NCBI GenBank assembly: GCA_963758635.1
Contig: CAVWWD010000008.1
Location: 907,215 to 971,214, forward strand
Reading direction: 5' to 3'
Source of the DNA: an uncultured Candidatus Rokubacteria bacterium
Lineage (GTDB): Bacteria > Methylomirabilota > Methylomirabilia > Rokubacteriales > CSP1-6
DNA: 64,000 nucleotides
Numbering within the stretch: position 1 is the first letter of the stretch; each line of letters begins with the position of its first letter. Position numbers and translations under genes: made by a program. Positions 55,199 to 64,000 of the stretch are shown here, piece by piece. The notes beneath the pieces were generated by a model that had not been told where the DNA came from, made no database searches, and was given only the letters and a program-made list of their open reading frames with translations.

Positions 55199-56421
55199 CA
55201 GCTCTTGACGGGCTCGATGACGCCGGAGGCGTGGAGCGCGGCCAGCTCGTCGGCGGAGAGGCCGAGGAGCTCGCCGAGGACCCGGTCCGTGTCCTGGCCC
55301 AGGAGCGGCGCGGGCCGGTCCACGGTGGCCGGCGCGCTGCCGCCGAGCCGGATGGGCGAGATCGGCACGCGCGTCTTCCCGCGGCGCGGGTGGTCCACGT
55401 CCACCCACACGCCTCGCTCCATCAGGTGCGGGTCGTTCACGACCTCGCGCGTGGTCCGGACCGGCGCGCACGGCACGTGCGCGCGGGTCAGCTCCGCCAG
55501 CACCTCGTCCTTGGTCCGCGTCTCCGTCCACGCCGAGACGAGCGCGTCGATCTCCTCCATGCGGGCGGCCCGCGACGGCGTGCTCTGGAAGCCGGGGTCG
55601 TCCAGGAGGTCCTCGCGGCGGAGGACCCGCGCCACGCTGTGCCAGTGTCGCTCGGAGGCGGTGAAGATGGCCACGTGCCCGTCGCGGGTCGGATACACGT
55701 TGTAGGGCGCGATGGCGAGCGCGGGGTGCCGGTTGGCCGTGCGCTCGGGGATGCTCGGGTCGCCGTCCATGAACACGCCGAGCGCGCTGGCGAGGGCCAC
55801 CACCGCGGCGTCGAGCATGGCCACCTCGACGAGCTGCCCCTGGCCCGTGCGCTCCCGATGGAGCAGCGCGCCCAGCACGCCGGCGAACAGATGGACGCCG
55901 GCGAGGAAGTCGCACACGGCGGGACCAGCCTTGACGGGCGGCCGGTCGGGGTAGCCGGTGGCGTTCATGATGCCGCTCATCGCCTGGATGGTCAGGTCCA
56001 TCGCGGGCAAGTCGCGATAGGGGCCGGTGGAGCCGAAGCCGTTGCCCGAGGCGAAGACCAGCCGCGGGTTCTCCTTGCGCAGCGTCTCCCAGCCGAGACC
56101 GAGCCGGTCCATCACCCCGGCCGCGAAATTCTCGACCACGGCGTCGGCCTGGCGGGCGAGGCGCAGGAACAGGTCCTTGCCGTCGGGGTGCTTGAGGTCC
56201 AGGACGACCGATTCCTTGTTCGAGTTGAGCATGACCAGGGGGTACGGCTCGACGTTCCGCTTGCGGCGCCGCACCACGTCGCCCTCGGGCGCCTCGATCT
56301 TGAGGACCCGCGCCCCCATGAAGCTCAGGAGCAGTCCGCAGTAGGGGCCGTTGTAGATCTGACCGAGATCCAGCACGAGCATGCCTTCGAGAGGCCGGCG
56401 GGGAGCGCTTGTGGTTGTCAT
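55198..56421 (-). CDS. CaiB/BaiF family (family III) CoA-transferase
   Basis: ORF 55198..56481, preferred start ATG 56421. Sequence: LEGMLVLDLGQIYNGPYCGLLLSFMGARVLKIEAP..ENFAAGV. Confidence 0.9.
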   Translation of the reverse strand: MTTTSAPRRPLEGMLVLDLGQIYNGPYCGLLLSFMGARVLKIEAPEGDVVRRRKRNVEPYPLVMLNSNKESVVLDLKHPDGKDLFLRLARQADAVVENFAAGVMDRLGLGWETLRKENPRLVFASGNGFGSTGPYRDLPAMDLTIQAMSGIMNATGYPDRPPVKAGPAVCDFLAGVHLFAGVLGALLHRERTGQGQLVEVAMLDAAVVALASALGVFMDGDPSIPERTANRHPALAIAPYNVYPTRDGHVAIFTASERHWHSVARVLRREDLLDDPGFQSTPSRAARMEEIDALVSAWTETRTKDEVLAELTRAHVPCAPVRTTREVVNDPHLMERGVWVDVDHPRRGKTRVPISPIRLGGSAPATVDRPAPLLGQDTDRVLGELLGLSADELAALHASGVIEPVKS

Positions 56422-56577
56422 CGCGCTCACAGGGTAGCCGGGGCAGTGGCCCCCGCACAAGCCGCCGATCGCCGCTGACACGGCTCAGGGCAGGGCGAAG
56501 GACGGAACCGAACGCCCGGTGGCGCGTCGAAAAGCCGGTCGCCGGCCTGTGATAGCCTAGCCGCCGCGGAGGTCATC

Positions 56578-57826
56578 ATGGGCACATATCTGATCGACAA
56601 CGTTCGCGTCCTCGACGGCACCGGCCGCTCGCCGTTCGCCGGCGCGGCGCTCGTGGAAGGCAACCGCATCACCAGGGTGACCGCGGGCGGGCCGGGACCG
56701 CGTCCCGAGGGCGCGACGCGCATCGACGGCCGGGGCGCGACGCTCATGCCCGGCCTGATCGAGCCGCACGCGCACCTGAGCTTCCCGGAGCTCCTCACGC
56801 CGCAGCTCACGACGCTGCCGCCGGAGGAGCACATGCTGATCACCGTGCGCAACGCGCGCACGATGCTCGACTCGGGGTACACGAGCGCGTTCTCCGCCGC
56901 GGCGGCCAAGCCGCGGCTCGACGTGGTGCTGCGCCGGGAGATCGACGCCGGACGCGTGCCCGGGCCGCGGCTCCTCGCCAACGGCCCCGAGCTGACCGTG
57001 ACGGGCGGGCTGGGCGACACGAACGTGATGCACCTCGCGCCATCACGAGACGCCCACGTTCTGCTGGATCGTCGACGGTCCGGACGAGATGCGGCGCGCC
57101 TGTCGGACCCTCGCGCGGGAAGGGGTCGACCTGCTGAAGCTGAACATCTCCGGCGACCAGGGCACGTCGCGCGCGGGCTCGGAGCGCACGGTGATGAGCG
57201 ACGCGGAGGTGGCGGCGGCCATGGAGATCGCCCGCACGAGCGACCTCCGGGTCGCCGGGCACTGCCGCAGCGCGGACTCCGTGCTCGCGGCGCTCCGCCA
57301 CGGCGTCGAGGTCATCTATCACGCCAACTACGCCGACGAGCGGGCCCTCGACGCGCTGGAGGCGGCGCGCGACCGCGTGTTCGTGGCGCCCGCGCTGGGC
57401 ATCACGTGGGCGCTCTGCCACACCGCGAGCCCGTGGGGCATCACGCCGGAGGTGGCGCGGGCGCGCGGCCTCGAGCGCGAGCTCGAGATCTCGGTGGAGA
57501 CGATGGCGCGCATGCGCAAGCGCGGCATCCGCGTCCTGCCCGGCGGCGACTACGGCTTCCCGTACACGCCGCACGGCGCCTACGCGCGGGACCTGTGGCT
57601 CTTCGTGAAGGTGCTCGGGTTCTCGCCGATGGAGACGCTGGTCGCGGCCACGCGCATGGGCGGCGAGATCATGGGCCGTCCCGGCGAGCTCGGCGTGGTC
57701 GCCGAGGGCGCGCTCGCCGACCTCCTGCTGGTGGACGGCGACCCGCTCGCCGACATCGAGGTGCTGCAGGACCACGACGCCATCCGGATGATCATGAAGG
57801 ACGGCGTGCTCCACAAGTCGCCGTAG
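56578..57826 (+). CDS. amidohydrolase family protein (imidazolonepropionase/prolidase-like), split by a +1 slip
   Basis: ORF 56578.. gives MGTYLIDNVRVLDGTG..LMPGLIEPHAHLS.. It joins ORF 57089..57826 (..VDLLKLNISGD.., GHCRS.., VDGDPLADI) when nt 57043 is removed. Confidence 0.85.
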
Positions 57827-57832
57827 CCGGCG

Positions 57833-57868
57833 CCTCCCCCTCTCCCCGGGGAGAGCGGCAGGGCGAGG
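57833..57868. repeat. REP-like unit CCTCCCCCTCTCCCCGGGGAGAGCGGCAGGGCGAGG (same family as 22790-22896)
   Basis: It lies between convergent genes (stops at 57826 and 57889). The hairpin is CTCTCCCC/GGGGAGAG. Confidence 0.65.
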
Positions 57869-57888
57869 CGGCGGTCGGCGACGGGCCG

Positions 57889-58683
57889 TCAGCTCCGCGT
57901 GATGCGGCCGATGCCCGGGAGCCGGCCCAGGAAGTTGCCGGTGATGCCGCCGTCCACGACGAGGTCGTGCCCGTTGACGTAGCGCGCGTCCGGTCCGAGC
58001 AGGAACGCGATCACGTCGGCCATGTCCTCGGGCGTGGCGACCCGGCCCAGCGGTACCAGGGCGTCCCGCTCGGCGGCGACGGCCGCGTCGGCATAGACCC
58101 GCTCCGTCATGCCGGTCCGCACCATTCCCGGCGAGACCGCGTTCACGCGGATCCCGTCGCGGCCGAACTCCTGCGCCAGCACCTGCACGAGCATGATCAC
58201 CGCCGCCTTGCTGGGCCCGTAGGCGCCCAGGTTCGCGTGGGCGTTGCTCCCGGACATCGACCCCACCGCCACGATGGCGCCTCCCGCGGCCTTCAGCGCG
58301 GGGTGCGCGGCGCGGGCGAGGAGCCACGTCGCGCGGGTGTTGACGGCGAACATGCGGTCCCAGTCCTCCACAGGGTAGCTCACGAGCGGGCCCGGGCGGT
58401 TGACGCCGGCGTTGCTGACGAGCCCGTCGAGCCCGCCGAACGCCGCCACCGCCTGCTCCACGGCGCGGGCGGGGCCGTCCACCGTGGCCATGTCGGCGCG
58501 GATCGGCAGCGCCTTCCCTCCGAAGCCGGCCAGGTCGGTCACCAGGCCGTCGAGGCCGGCGGCGCCTTCCAGGTCCACCGCCGCCACGCTGGCCGCCCGG
58601 CCGGCGGCGCGCGCGTCGCGCGCCAGCCTGAAACACGTCGCCCGTCCGATGCCGCTTGCCGCTCCTGTGACGAGTACGCGCAC
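57889..58683 (-). CDS. SDR family oxidoreductase
   Basis: ORF 57889..58683 with TGAASGIG, SNAG and YGPSK motifs. Confidence 0.9.
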   Translation of the reverse strand: MRVLVTGAASGIGRATCFRLARDARAAGRAASVAAVDLEGAAGLDGLVTDLAGFGGKALPIRADMATVDGPARAVEQAVAAFGGLDGLVSNAGVNRPGPLVSYPVEDWDRMFAVNTRATWLLARAAHPALKAAGGAIVAVGSMSGSNAHANLGAYGPSKAAVIMLVQVLAQEFGRDGIRVNAVSPGMVRTGMTERVYADAAVAAERDALVPLGRVATPEDMADVIAFLLGPDARYVNGHDLVVDGGITGNFLGRLPGIGRITRS

Positions 58684-58754
58684 GTCGTGATCCTCCCGGT
58701 CTCGATGATGAGCCGCCGCCCGGTATTCTAGCGTGCCCGCACGACAAGGCCCCG

Positions 58755-58934
58755 TCAGGCCTCGTACTCCTGGCTCACCTCCAGCGTGGCCTCGCCGTCC
58801 TCGTCGATCGTGATGCTGATGAGATTGGGCCGGCAGCAGACCCGGCAGTCCTCGGTGTACGTCTGCCTCGCGCCGCCACTCGCGTCCACGAACGTCTCGT
58901 TGCGTTTCCCGCAGAAGGCGCAGCGGTAGCGCAC
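58755..58934 (-). CDS. CPXCG-motif cysteine-rich small protein (zinc-ribbon-like)
   Basis: 59 codons, below the ORF-track cutoff: VRYRCAFCGKRNETFVDASGGARQTYTEDCRVCCRPNLISITIDEDGEATLEVSQEYEA*. Confidence 0.65.
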   Translation of the reverse strand: MRYRCAFCGKRNETFVDASGGARQTYTEDCRVCCRPNLISITIDEDGEATLEVSQEYEA

Positions 58935-58937
58935 GGG

Positions 58938-59225
58938 TCAGTAGTCGAGGCCGTACGTCCGTCGGAGGAGGGCCTGGACGGGCTCGAGGTAGCTCGCGCG
59001 GGTGATCGCCCCGCCCGTCTCGCGCTCGACCGACGCGTCGTCGGTGGAGAGGCGCGTGACGTACCAGGCGTGGAAGACGCCCGCGGTCACGGTGGGGATG
59101 TCCGGGCGGCCGACGGAGAAGCTGGGCCAGAACTCCATCGGCTGCCAGAGGATCCGGTGCCCGGCGCCGAGGACGTGCGTCGTCGCCCTGTCGGTCTCGT
59201 ACCCGCGCGTCGTGGGCAAAGTCAC
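58938..59225 (-). CDS. hypothetical protein
   Basis: ORF 58938..59225, packed between the hydrolase and the CPXCG gene with plausible composition. No family was recognised. Confidence 0.5.
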   Translation of the reverse strand: MTLPTTRGYETDRATTHVLGAGHRILWQPMEFWPSFSVGRPDIPTVTAGVFHAWYVTRLSTDDASVERETGGAITRASYLEPVQALLRRTYGLDY

Positions 59226-59261
59226 GAGGGTGCCCAGGTCCTCTTTCAGGAACGCCTCAGG

Positions 59262-60093
59262 TCACGGATGGATCACGGTCTCCGTGCGGCGGATGATGAA
59301 CGCCTCGTGGCGCTCGAGGAAGTCCGTGGTGACCTCGGCGAAGGCCTCGGGGCGCTCGGTGGAGATGGCGTGGCCGGCGTCGTACACGAAGACGAGGTGC
59401 GCGTTCGGCAGGAGCGCCTTGTAGTGGCGTCCCATCGCCGGCGGGATGACGGCATCGAGCGTGCCGAACAGCACCAGCGTCGGTGTGGGCAGCGCGGAGA
59501 GGCGCCCCTCGAGCTCGGAGTCGCGGTCCGGGCCGCGCAGCCGCGCCACGAGGGCGCGCTGGCGCGCCTGCACCTCCGGAGGTGGCAGGACGAGCGGCCC
59601 GAGGCGCTCCGGGTGCGCGTAGAGGCGGCGCGCCATCTCCTCCGGCGTGCCGGCCGGGGGCTGAGCGCCTTCCGGACGGATGGCCGCCGGCGCCTCCAGG
59701 ATCAGGGCGCGCACGCGCTCGGGCTCGTGGACCGCCATCCAGAGGGCGGGCCTGGCGCCGAACGAGGTGCCCATCAGGTCGAAGGCGTCCAGGCCCAGCG
59801 CGCGCGTGGCCTGCGCCATGGTCGTGGCCAGCGCCGGGATGCTCGCGCGTGCGCGTGTTCTCCGGGGAGTGCCCGAAGCCCGGCATCTCGAGCACGAGCA
59901 CGCGGAAGCGGCGGGCCAGGAGGTCGTGGCCCGGGGTGATCCGGAGCCCACCGGCCCCGTGGAGGTGGACCACGGCGGGCCCGTCGCCCGCCTCCATGTA
60001 ACGGATCCGGAACCCGTCCGCCTCGACGTGGCCCTCGCGGAACTCCGCGCCGACCGTCGTGGTGCCCTGGCCGTCCCCGTGCGTCACGGTCAT
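59262..60093 (-). CDS. alpha/beta hydrolase, split by a +1 slip
   Basis: MTVTHGDGQGTTTVGAEFREGHVEADGFRIRYMEAGDGPAVVHLHGAGG..MPGFGHSPENTRTR (frame of ORF 59257..61176, ATG 60093) joins ORF 59262..59951 (SIPALATTMAQATRALGLDAFDLMGTSFGA..) at 59844. Confidence 0.85.
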
Positions 60094-60098
60094 CTCGC

Positions 60099-61176
60099 TC
60101 AGATGTCCCGGATGCGCGGCAGGACCTTCTTGCCGAAGAGGTCCAGCGAGCGCATGAGGAGGTCCGCGTTGCCGAAGCCGGGCGGCGCCAGGGAGAGATC
60201 GAGCACGCCCGCGCCCACCTCGTCGCGGCAGCGGCGCACCTGCTCCACCAGGGTGTCCGGCGAGCCGATGAACGTCGTCGGCAGCGCGCCGGTCGTGACG
60301 GGCGGCCGCGGCACCCCGGCGATGTTCCGGGCGTCCACCTTGGCGAGGGCATCGCGCACGCCCTCGCGCATCGCGAACGGGGCGCCCTTCGGCTGCTTGT
60401 CGAGCAGCGTCGTGCGCCTCCTGGTCGGTGTCGGCCACGAGCATGTTCGCCCGGTAGATGATCTGCTCGGGCGTGGGCTCCCAGCCATGGCGCGCGCACT
60501 CCTCGCGGTAGTACCGGGTGGCCCTCGCCACCGACTCGATCGAGCCGTAGGACACGCCGCAGCCGAGCCGGTGCCGCGCCGCGAACTCGCAGGACTCGCG
60601 GCTGGTCCCGAGCGCGTAGGTGGGCGGATGCGGGCGCTGGAGCGGGCGCGGCCAGATCGACACCGTACGGTACTGGTAGTGCCGGCCCTGCCAGCCGAAC
60701 GGCTGCGGCTCGGTCCACGCCTTGAGCACCAGCTCCATGCCCTCGTCGGTGCGCTCGCGGGCCTCCGCGGGGTTCAGGTCGTAGGTCAGGGACTCGTTCG
60801 ACGTCCCGCGCAGAAGGCCCACGACCAGGCGGCCGCCCGCCATGGTGTCGACCATCGCCACCTCCTCGGCCACCCGCACCGGGTTCGACTGCGGGACGAT
60901 GGGGCCGAGGAGCGCGATCGTGATCTTGTGGACGCGCGCCGCGATGTACGCGGCCGACACGATGGGCGCCGGCGTCAGGATGCGGGGCGAGTAGTGGTGC
61001 TCCGACACGCTCACCCAGTCGAAGCCGAGCGCCTCCACGTACTCGATGCGCTCGATCATCGAGCGGTACGCCTCGGCGCCGGCGTCCTGGTCGTACTCGC
61101 CCGAGGCCATCGGCCACTCGGGCGGCAGGGGACGCGGCGAGGCGTAGCGGCCCGTCTCGAAGTAGGAGACCTTCAT
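60099..61176 (-). CDS. LLM class flavin-dependent oxidoreductase, split by a +1 slip
   Basis: MKVSYFETGRY..WVSVSEHHY..GGRLVVGLLRG.. (ORF 59257..61176) joins ORF 60099..60488 (LLDKQPKGAPFAMREG..FGKKVLPRIRDI*) at 60408. Confidence 0.85.
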
Positions 61177-62333
61177 GAGTTCCTCCCGGGCGTCGCGACC
61201 TTCACGGGGACGCCTCCGGACAGGTACACGCGCGCCACACGCGGGCCGACGGTGGTGGCCACGTGGTGGAGCCCGAGGCCGTGCCTCTGCGCCACCTCGG
61301 CGACCGTGATCTCCGACTCGCCCTGGCGGCCGATGATCACGACCTCGTCGCCCACGCGGGCGTCCGGCACGGCGGTGAGGTCGATGCGCATGTGCTCGAG
61401 GTTCGGGCCCTGCACCACGGGAACGGCGTGGCCGCGGACGAGCACGCGCCCGGCGTGGAGCCAGGCCAGACCATCAGCCAGGCCCATGGGGATGACGCCG
61501 AGGCGCATCGGTCCGGTCACCGGGAACGGGGCGCGCTCGGCGAAGCGTTCGCGCGGCGTCAGCTCCTTGAGCGCGATGACCCGGCTGGTGAGCGCGCGGA
61601 AGGCGGGTCGCAGGGGGACCGGCGTGCTCTCGCCCGGAAACGTGATGCCGTACAGCATCCGCCCGGGATCGACGGCGTTCAGGTAGGTCTGCGGGTAGCG
61701 CAGGAGGAACGGGGACGCGGCGAGCAGACGGACGGGCACTCGCACCCCACGGGCCTCCAGCTCGTCCACCACCGCGGTGAACCGGCCGAGCTGCCACTCC
61801 GCATAGGCGTCGTCGCCCACCGAGTGCGGGTGGGCGCAGATGCCGGCCAGTCGCAGGTGGGGGAGCTCGAGCATCGCGGCGATCGTCTTCACCGCCTGGT
61901 CCGCGGGGACGCCCAGCCGCTCGAGGCCGACGTCGACCTTCACGAACACGTCGAAGGGCCCCGTCGCGGCCTCGGAGTGGGCGCGCGCGCCGTCCAGGTC
62001 CACCAGGGTCGGGGTGAGGCCGTGCGCCACGACCTCGCCCGCCGACTCGGGCAGGAAGTTCGGGTACACCAGGATCGGGACGCGGATCCCGTGCCGGCGG
62101 AGCCGGATGCCCTCGCCGAGGTCGGCCACGCCGAGCGCATCGGCCCCGTGAGCCGCGAACACCGTGCCCATCTCTACCGCGCCGAAGCCGTAGGCATCGG
62201 CCTTGATCACCGCGAAGATCTTCCGCATCGGGCCGACGAGCTGGCGCACGGCGCGGATGTTCGCAGCGGCGGCATCCAGGTCGACCTCGAGGGTGCTCGG
62301 TCGCGGCGGGCGGGCCACGGGTGCGCTGGTCAT
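61173..62333 (-). CDS. alr: alanine racemase family PLP enzyme
   Basis: ORF 61173..62333. The PLP-lysine motif is AVIKADAYGFGA, followed by the C-terminal beta-domain. The stop overlaps the next ATG (ATGA). Confidence 0.8.
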   Translation of the reverse strand: MTSAPVARPPRPSTLEVDLDAAAANIRAVRQLVGPMRKIFAVIKADAYGFGAVEMGTVFAAHGADALGVADLGEGIRLRRHGIRVPILVYPNFLPESAGEVVAHGLTPTLVDLDGARAHSEAATGPFDVFVKVDVGLERLGVPADQAVKTIAAMLELPHLRLAGICAHPHSVGDDAYAEWQLGRFTAVVDELEARGVRVPVRLLAASPFLLRYPQTYLNAVDPGRMLYGITFPGESTPVPLRPAFRALTSRVIALKELTPRERFAERAPFPVTGPMRLGVIPMGLADGLAWLHAGRVLVRGHAVPVVQGPNLEHMRIDLTAVPDARVGDEVVIIGRQGESEITVAEVAQRHGLGLHHVATTVGPRVARVYLSGGVPVKVATPGRNS

Positions 62334-62439
62334 CGGCGACTCCTCGCCGCGAGGATACCCGAAGTGCAGAACTCTGGGCTAGCGGGCCCGTGGCCGGAGG
62401 CAGGACCGCGGCGAACGATCATTCCGCCGCGCCGCCGAT

Positions 62440-63642
62440 TCAAGGCCGCGGCCCGGCTCGCGGCGCGAGCTTCCAGGCGCGCACCGACCCGAGGTTCTTG
62501 GCCTCTACCGGCTCCATTGCGACGAAACCATCGCGCGTGCGGTCAGTAAGCCGACTGTACAGGCGGTTGCTCACGACGATCTCGTGGGTCTGCGCGACGT
62601 CGCAAAGACGAGCGGCAACGTTGATCGCGTCGCCGACGACGCCGACATGAGCGCGACTGAATGGCCGAAACTCGATCACCTGCAGATCGCCGGTCGCCAT
62701 CGCGACGTGCACGCCGGTGGATGGCTGGATCTGGTCGATCTGGCGCTGCCACTCGATCGCGACGGAGGCTCCGATGTCAATCAGCGCCGTGGCGCAGGCG
62801 AACCCACGCTCGGCATCGTCGGAAGCGGCTTCCGGGATGCCAAAGATCGCGATGACGGAGTCGCCGAGGAACTGGTAGAGCATGCCGCCGGCGTTGATGA
62901 TCTGGTAGCGGGTCCTCGAGGCGAACGCGGTGAGCGAGCGGCGCACCACGTTGTCGTCGCGCGTATCGCGGACAAATCTCGTGTAGCCGGACAGGTCGGC
63001 GGTGACGACAACGACGTTGGGATACAGCCCGGGCGGGAGGATGTCGCGCGCGGTCTTCCTGCCGGCCTCCCGCAGCTGTCGCAGCCGCCAGAAGCCGAAA
63101 TGCCACAGGAGCGTGGATTCGAGAGCGTCGGCACTGAAATCGTCCCCGAAGGCGTGGCGCCCCTTCGCGCGGTCGACGGCGGCCCGGAGCTCGAGGCGAT
63201 CGTGCTCCTCCAGCGAGCCCAGGCTCACACCGAACCGTCGACGGACCAGCTCGTCAAGACGGCGTTCGTCCCAGACTTCGAGCGCGAGACCGGGGCGCAG
63301 GACGCTCCGTGCGCGCGCCTCGAGCCCGGGCCAGTCCTTGCGGCCATTCACATCGATGACGAGCACGACCTTCCTCGCCGCGGCAGTCGCGTCGTTCGGC
63401 TCGCCATACTTGCGCCGCAGGCTCTCGATCAGCCGCTCCGGTGTGTAGCCGTAGTCGACCTCCACGAAGTAAGGTGCGGTCCCCCTCGGCGTGACCTGGA
63501 TGTCCGCGAACGCGGACGGGCCGACCGCCACTTCCTGCCGTATCACGACGTCCTCGGGGGCGATGTGCTCCGTCGCGACGTGCTCGAAGCGGCAGAGGTC
63601 GCAGCAAACGCTTTCGAGGAAGAGGCGCAGCTCCTCGCGCAA
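62440..63642 (-). CDS. class III adenylate/guanylate cyclase domain protein with an uncharacterised ~200-aa N-terminal domain
   Basis: ORF 62440..63642 (TTG start as tracked). The cyclase core is VVVVTADLSGYTRF..YQFLGDSVIAIFG..VGDAINVAARL. ATG 63670 (MATGGGSHS) would be in frame if one A of the run 63641-63644 is an insertion. Confidence 0.85.
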   Translation of the reverse strand: MREELRLFLESVCCDLCRFEHVATEHIAPEDVVIRQEVAVGPSAFADIQVTPRGTAPYFVEVDYGYTPERLIESLRRKYGEPNDATAAARKVVLVIDVNGRKDWPGLEARARSVLRPGLALEVWDERRLDELVRRRFGVSLGSLEEHDRLELRAAVDRAKGRHAFGDDFSADALESTLLWHFGFWRLRQLREAGRKTARDILPPGLYPNVVVVTADLSGYTRFVRDTRDDNVVRRSLTAFASRTRYQIINAGGMLYQFLGDSVIAIFGIPEAASDDAERGFACATALIDIGASVAIEWQRQIDQIQPSTGVHVAMATGDLQVIEFRPFSRAHVGVVGDAINVAARLCDVAQTHEIVVSNRLYSRLTDRTRDGFVAMEPVEAKNLGSVRAWKLAPRAGPRP

Positions 63643-63836
63643 AACTGTGGCTCCCGCCGCCCGTCGCCATGCTCGTCAGACCGGAGCGACTCGGATTCGG
63701 TTGCGTTGCGTGGAGGGATCCCCCGTTCTCAGCCGTCCTGCCCCCCGGCGTGGGCTGGCCACGACAGCGGCCACTTCTGGCATTCTGCCACTCCACCTAC
63801 AGTCCCATTCAACTGCACCGCCCGAGCATACGATCC

Positions 63837-63927
63837 CCAGAAGAACAACCATCAGACTGCCGAACGCTCAGGCTGAGCGGCCGGCGCGGCCGGACCGCTC
63901 CAGTCTGTTGTTCGCCGGACCTTCTGG
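63837..63927. repeat. long imperfect hairpin upstream of the cyclase gene
   Basis: CCAGAAG/CTTCTGG, AACAAC/GTTGTT and CAGACTG/CAGTCTG arms enclose an inner stem GAGCGG..CCGCTC (63875-63900). Confidence 0.4.
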
Positions 63928-64000
63928 CAGCCTGGCCGCATTCCCGTGCCGGAGCCTCGCGGTGGCTCAGTGCTCCACTCGCTGTAGGGCGAAGAGTCGC

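Noticed and set aside
62334-63672. Pycsar/CBASS-type defence operon built around the cyclase.
   Set aside because: The gene downstream on the same strand is an alanine-racemase-like enzyme heading a metabolic operon. No TM, TIR, nuclease or phospholipase effector is adjacent. The upstream side is outside the window, so this is only weakly excluded.
63837-63927. Structured sRNA or riboswitch upstream of the cyclase gene.
   Set aside because: It is a single imperfect hairpin at the window edge. It is equally well explained as the terminator of an unseen upstream gene. It is kept only as a low-confidence repeat feature.

Overview
Very GC-rich bacterial chromosomal segment carrying about 60 genes. 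I saw no rRNA, tRNA, CRISPR array or intact mobile element, and I recognised no transcription-factor gene. Most genes are redox or catabolic enzymes. They include 7 luciferase-like (LLM, flavin/F420) oxidoreductases, 3 D-2-hydroxyacid dehydrogenases, 3 amidohydrolases and 2 orphan form-II CoxL-type Mo-hydroxylase large subunits. Also present are 2 family-III CoA-transferases, 2 SDRs, 2 VOC/glyoxalase proteins, 2 paralogous small cupins, 2 alpha/beta hydrolases, an HpaB-type monooxygenase, an enolase-superfamily enzyme, an FAH-family hydrolase, an enoyl-CoA hydratase, a TPP enzyme, an aldo/keto reductase, an SMP-30 lactonase, AhpC, an SBP56 (selenium-binding/methanethiol-oxidase family) protein and an alanine-racemase-like gene. 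An RND efflux pair is cut by the left edge. An Fe(III)-type ABC importer has a Tat-signal amidohydrolase embedded in it. Six pieces look accessory. (1) Two tandem paralogous small ORFs sit upstream of a SAM methyltransferase with a regulatory domain. (2) A DUF4071/ASK-N-terminal-like protein (TIR/deoxyribosyltransferase-like head plus TPR-like body) is paired with a DinB protein. (3) A LysM/PG-binding protein, a large OmpA-like protein and a secreted protein form a cell-envelope trio. (4) A class III nucleotidyl cyclase has an unknown N-terminal domain. (5) An antitoxin sits next to a decayed ParE/RelE toxin, beside about 1.1 kb of visibly less GC-rich DNA with no convincing ORF. (6) A short alcohol-dehydrogenase N-terminal fragment is present. 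The intergenic DNA is unusually structured, with at least six families of short repeats. Three of them are always sense-oriented just 5' of start codons, and one is a five-unit array of a palindrome phased at 20 bp. Many genes carry apparent 1-nt indels. I located roughly 40, several as compensating +1/-1 pairs that leave the long ORF open. Because of this the ORF track splits or mistranslates many real genes. Merged coordinates are given below with the slip positions.
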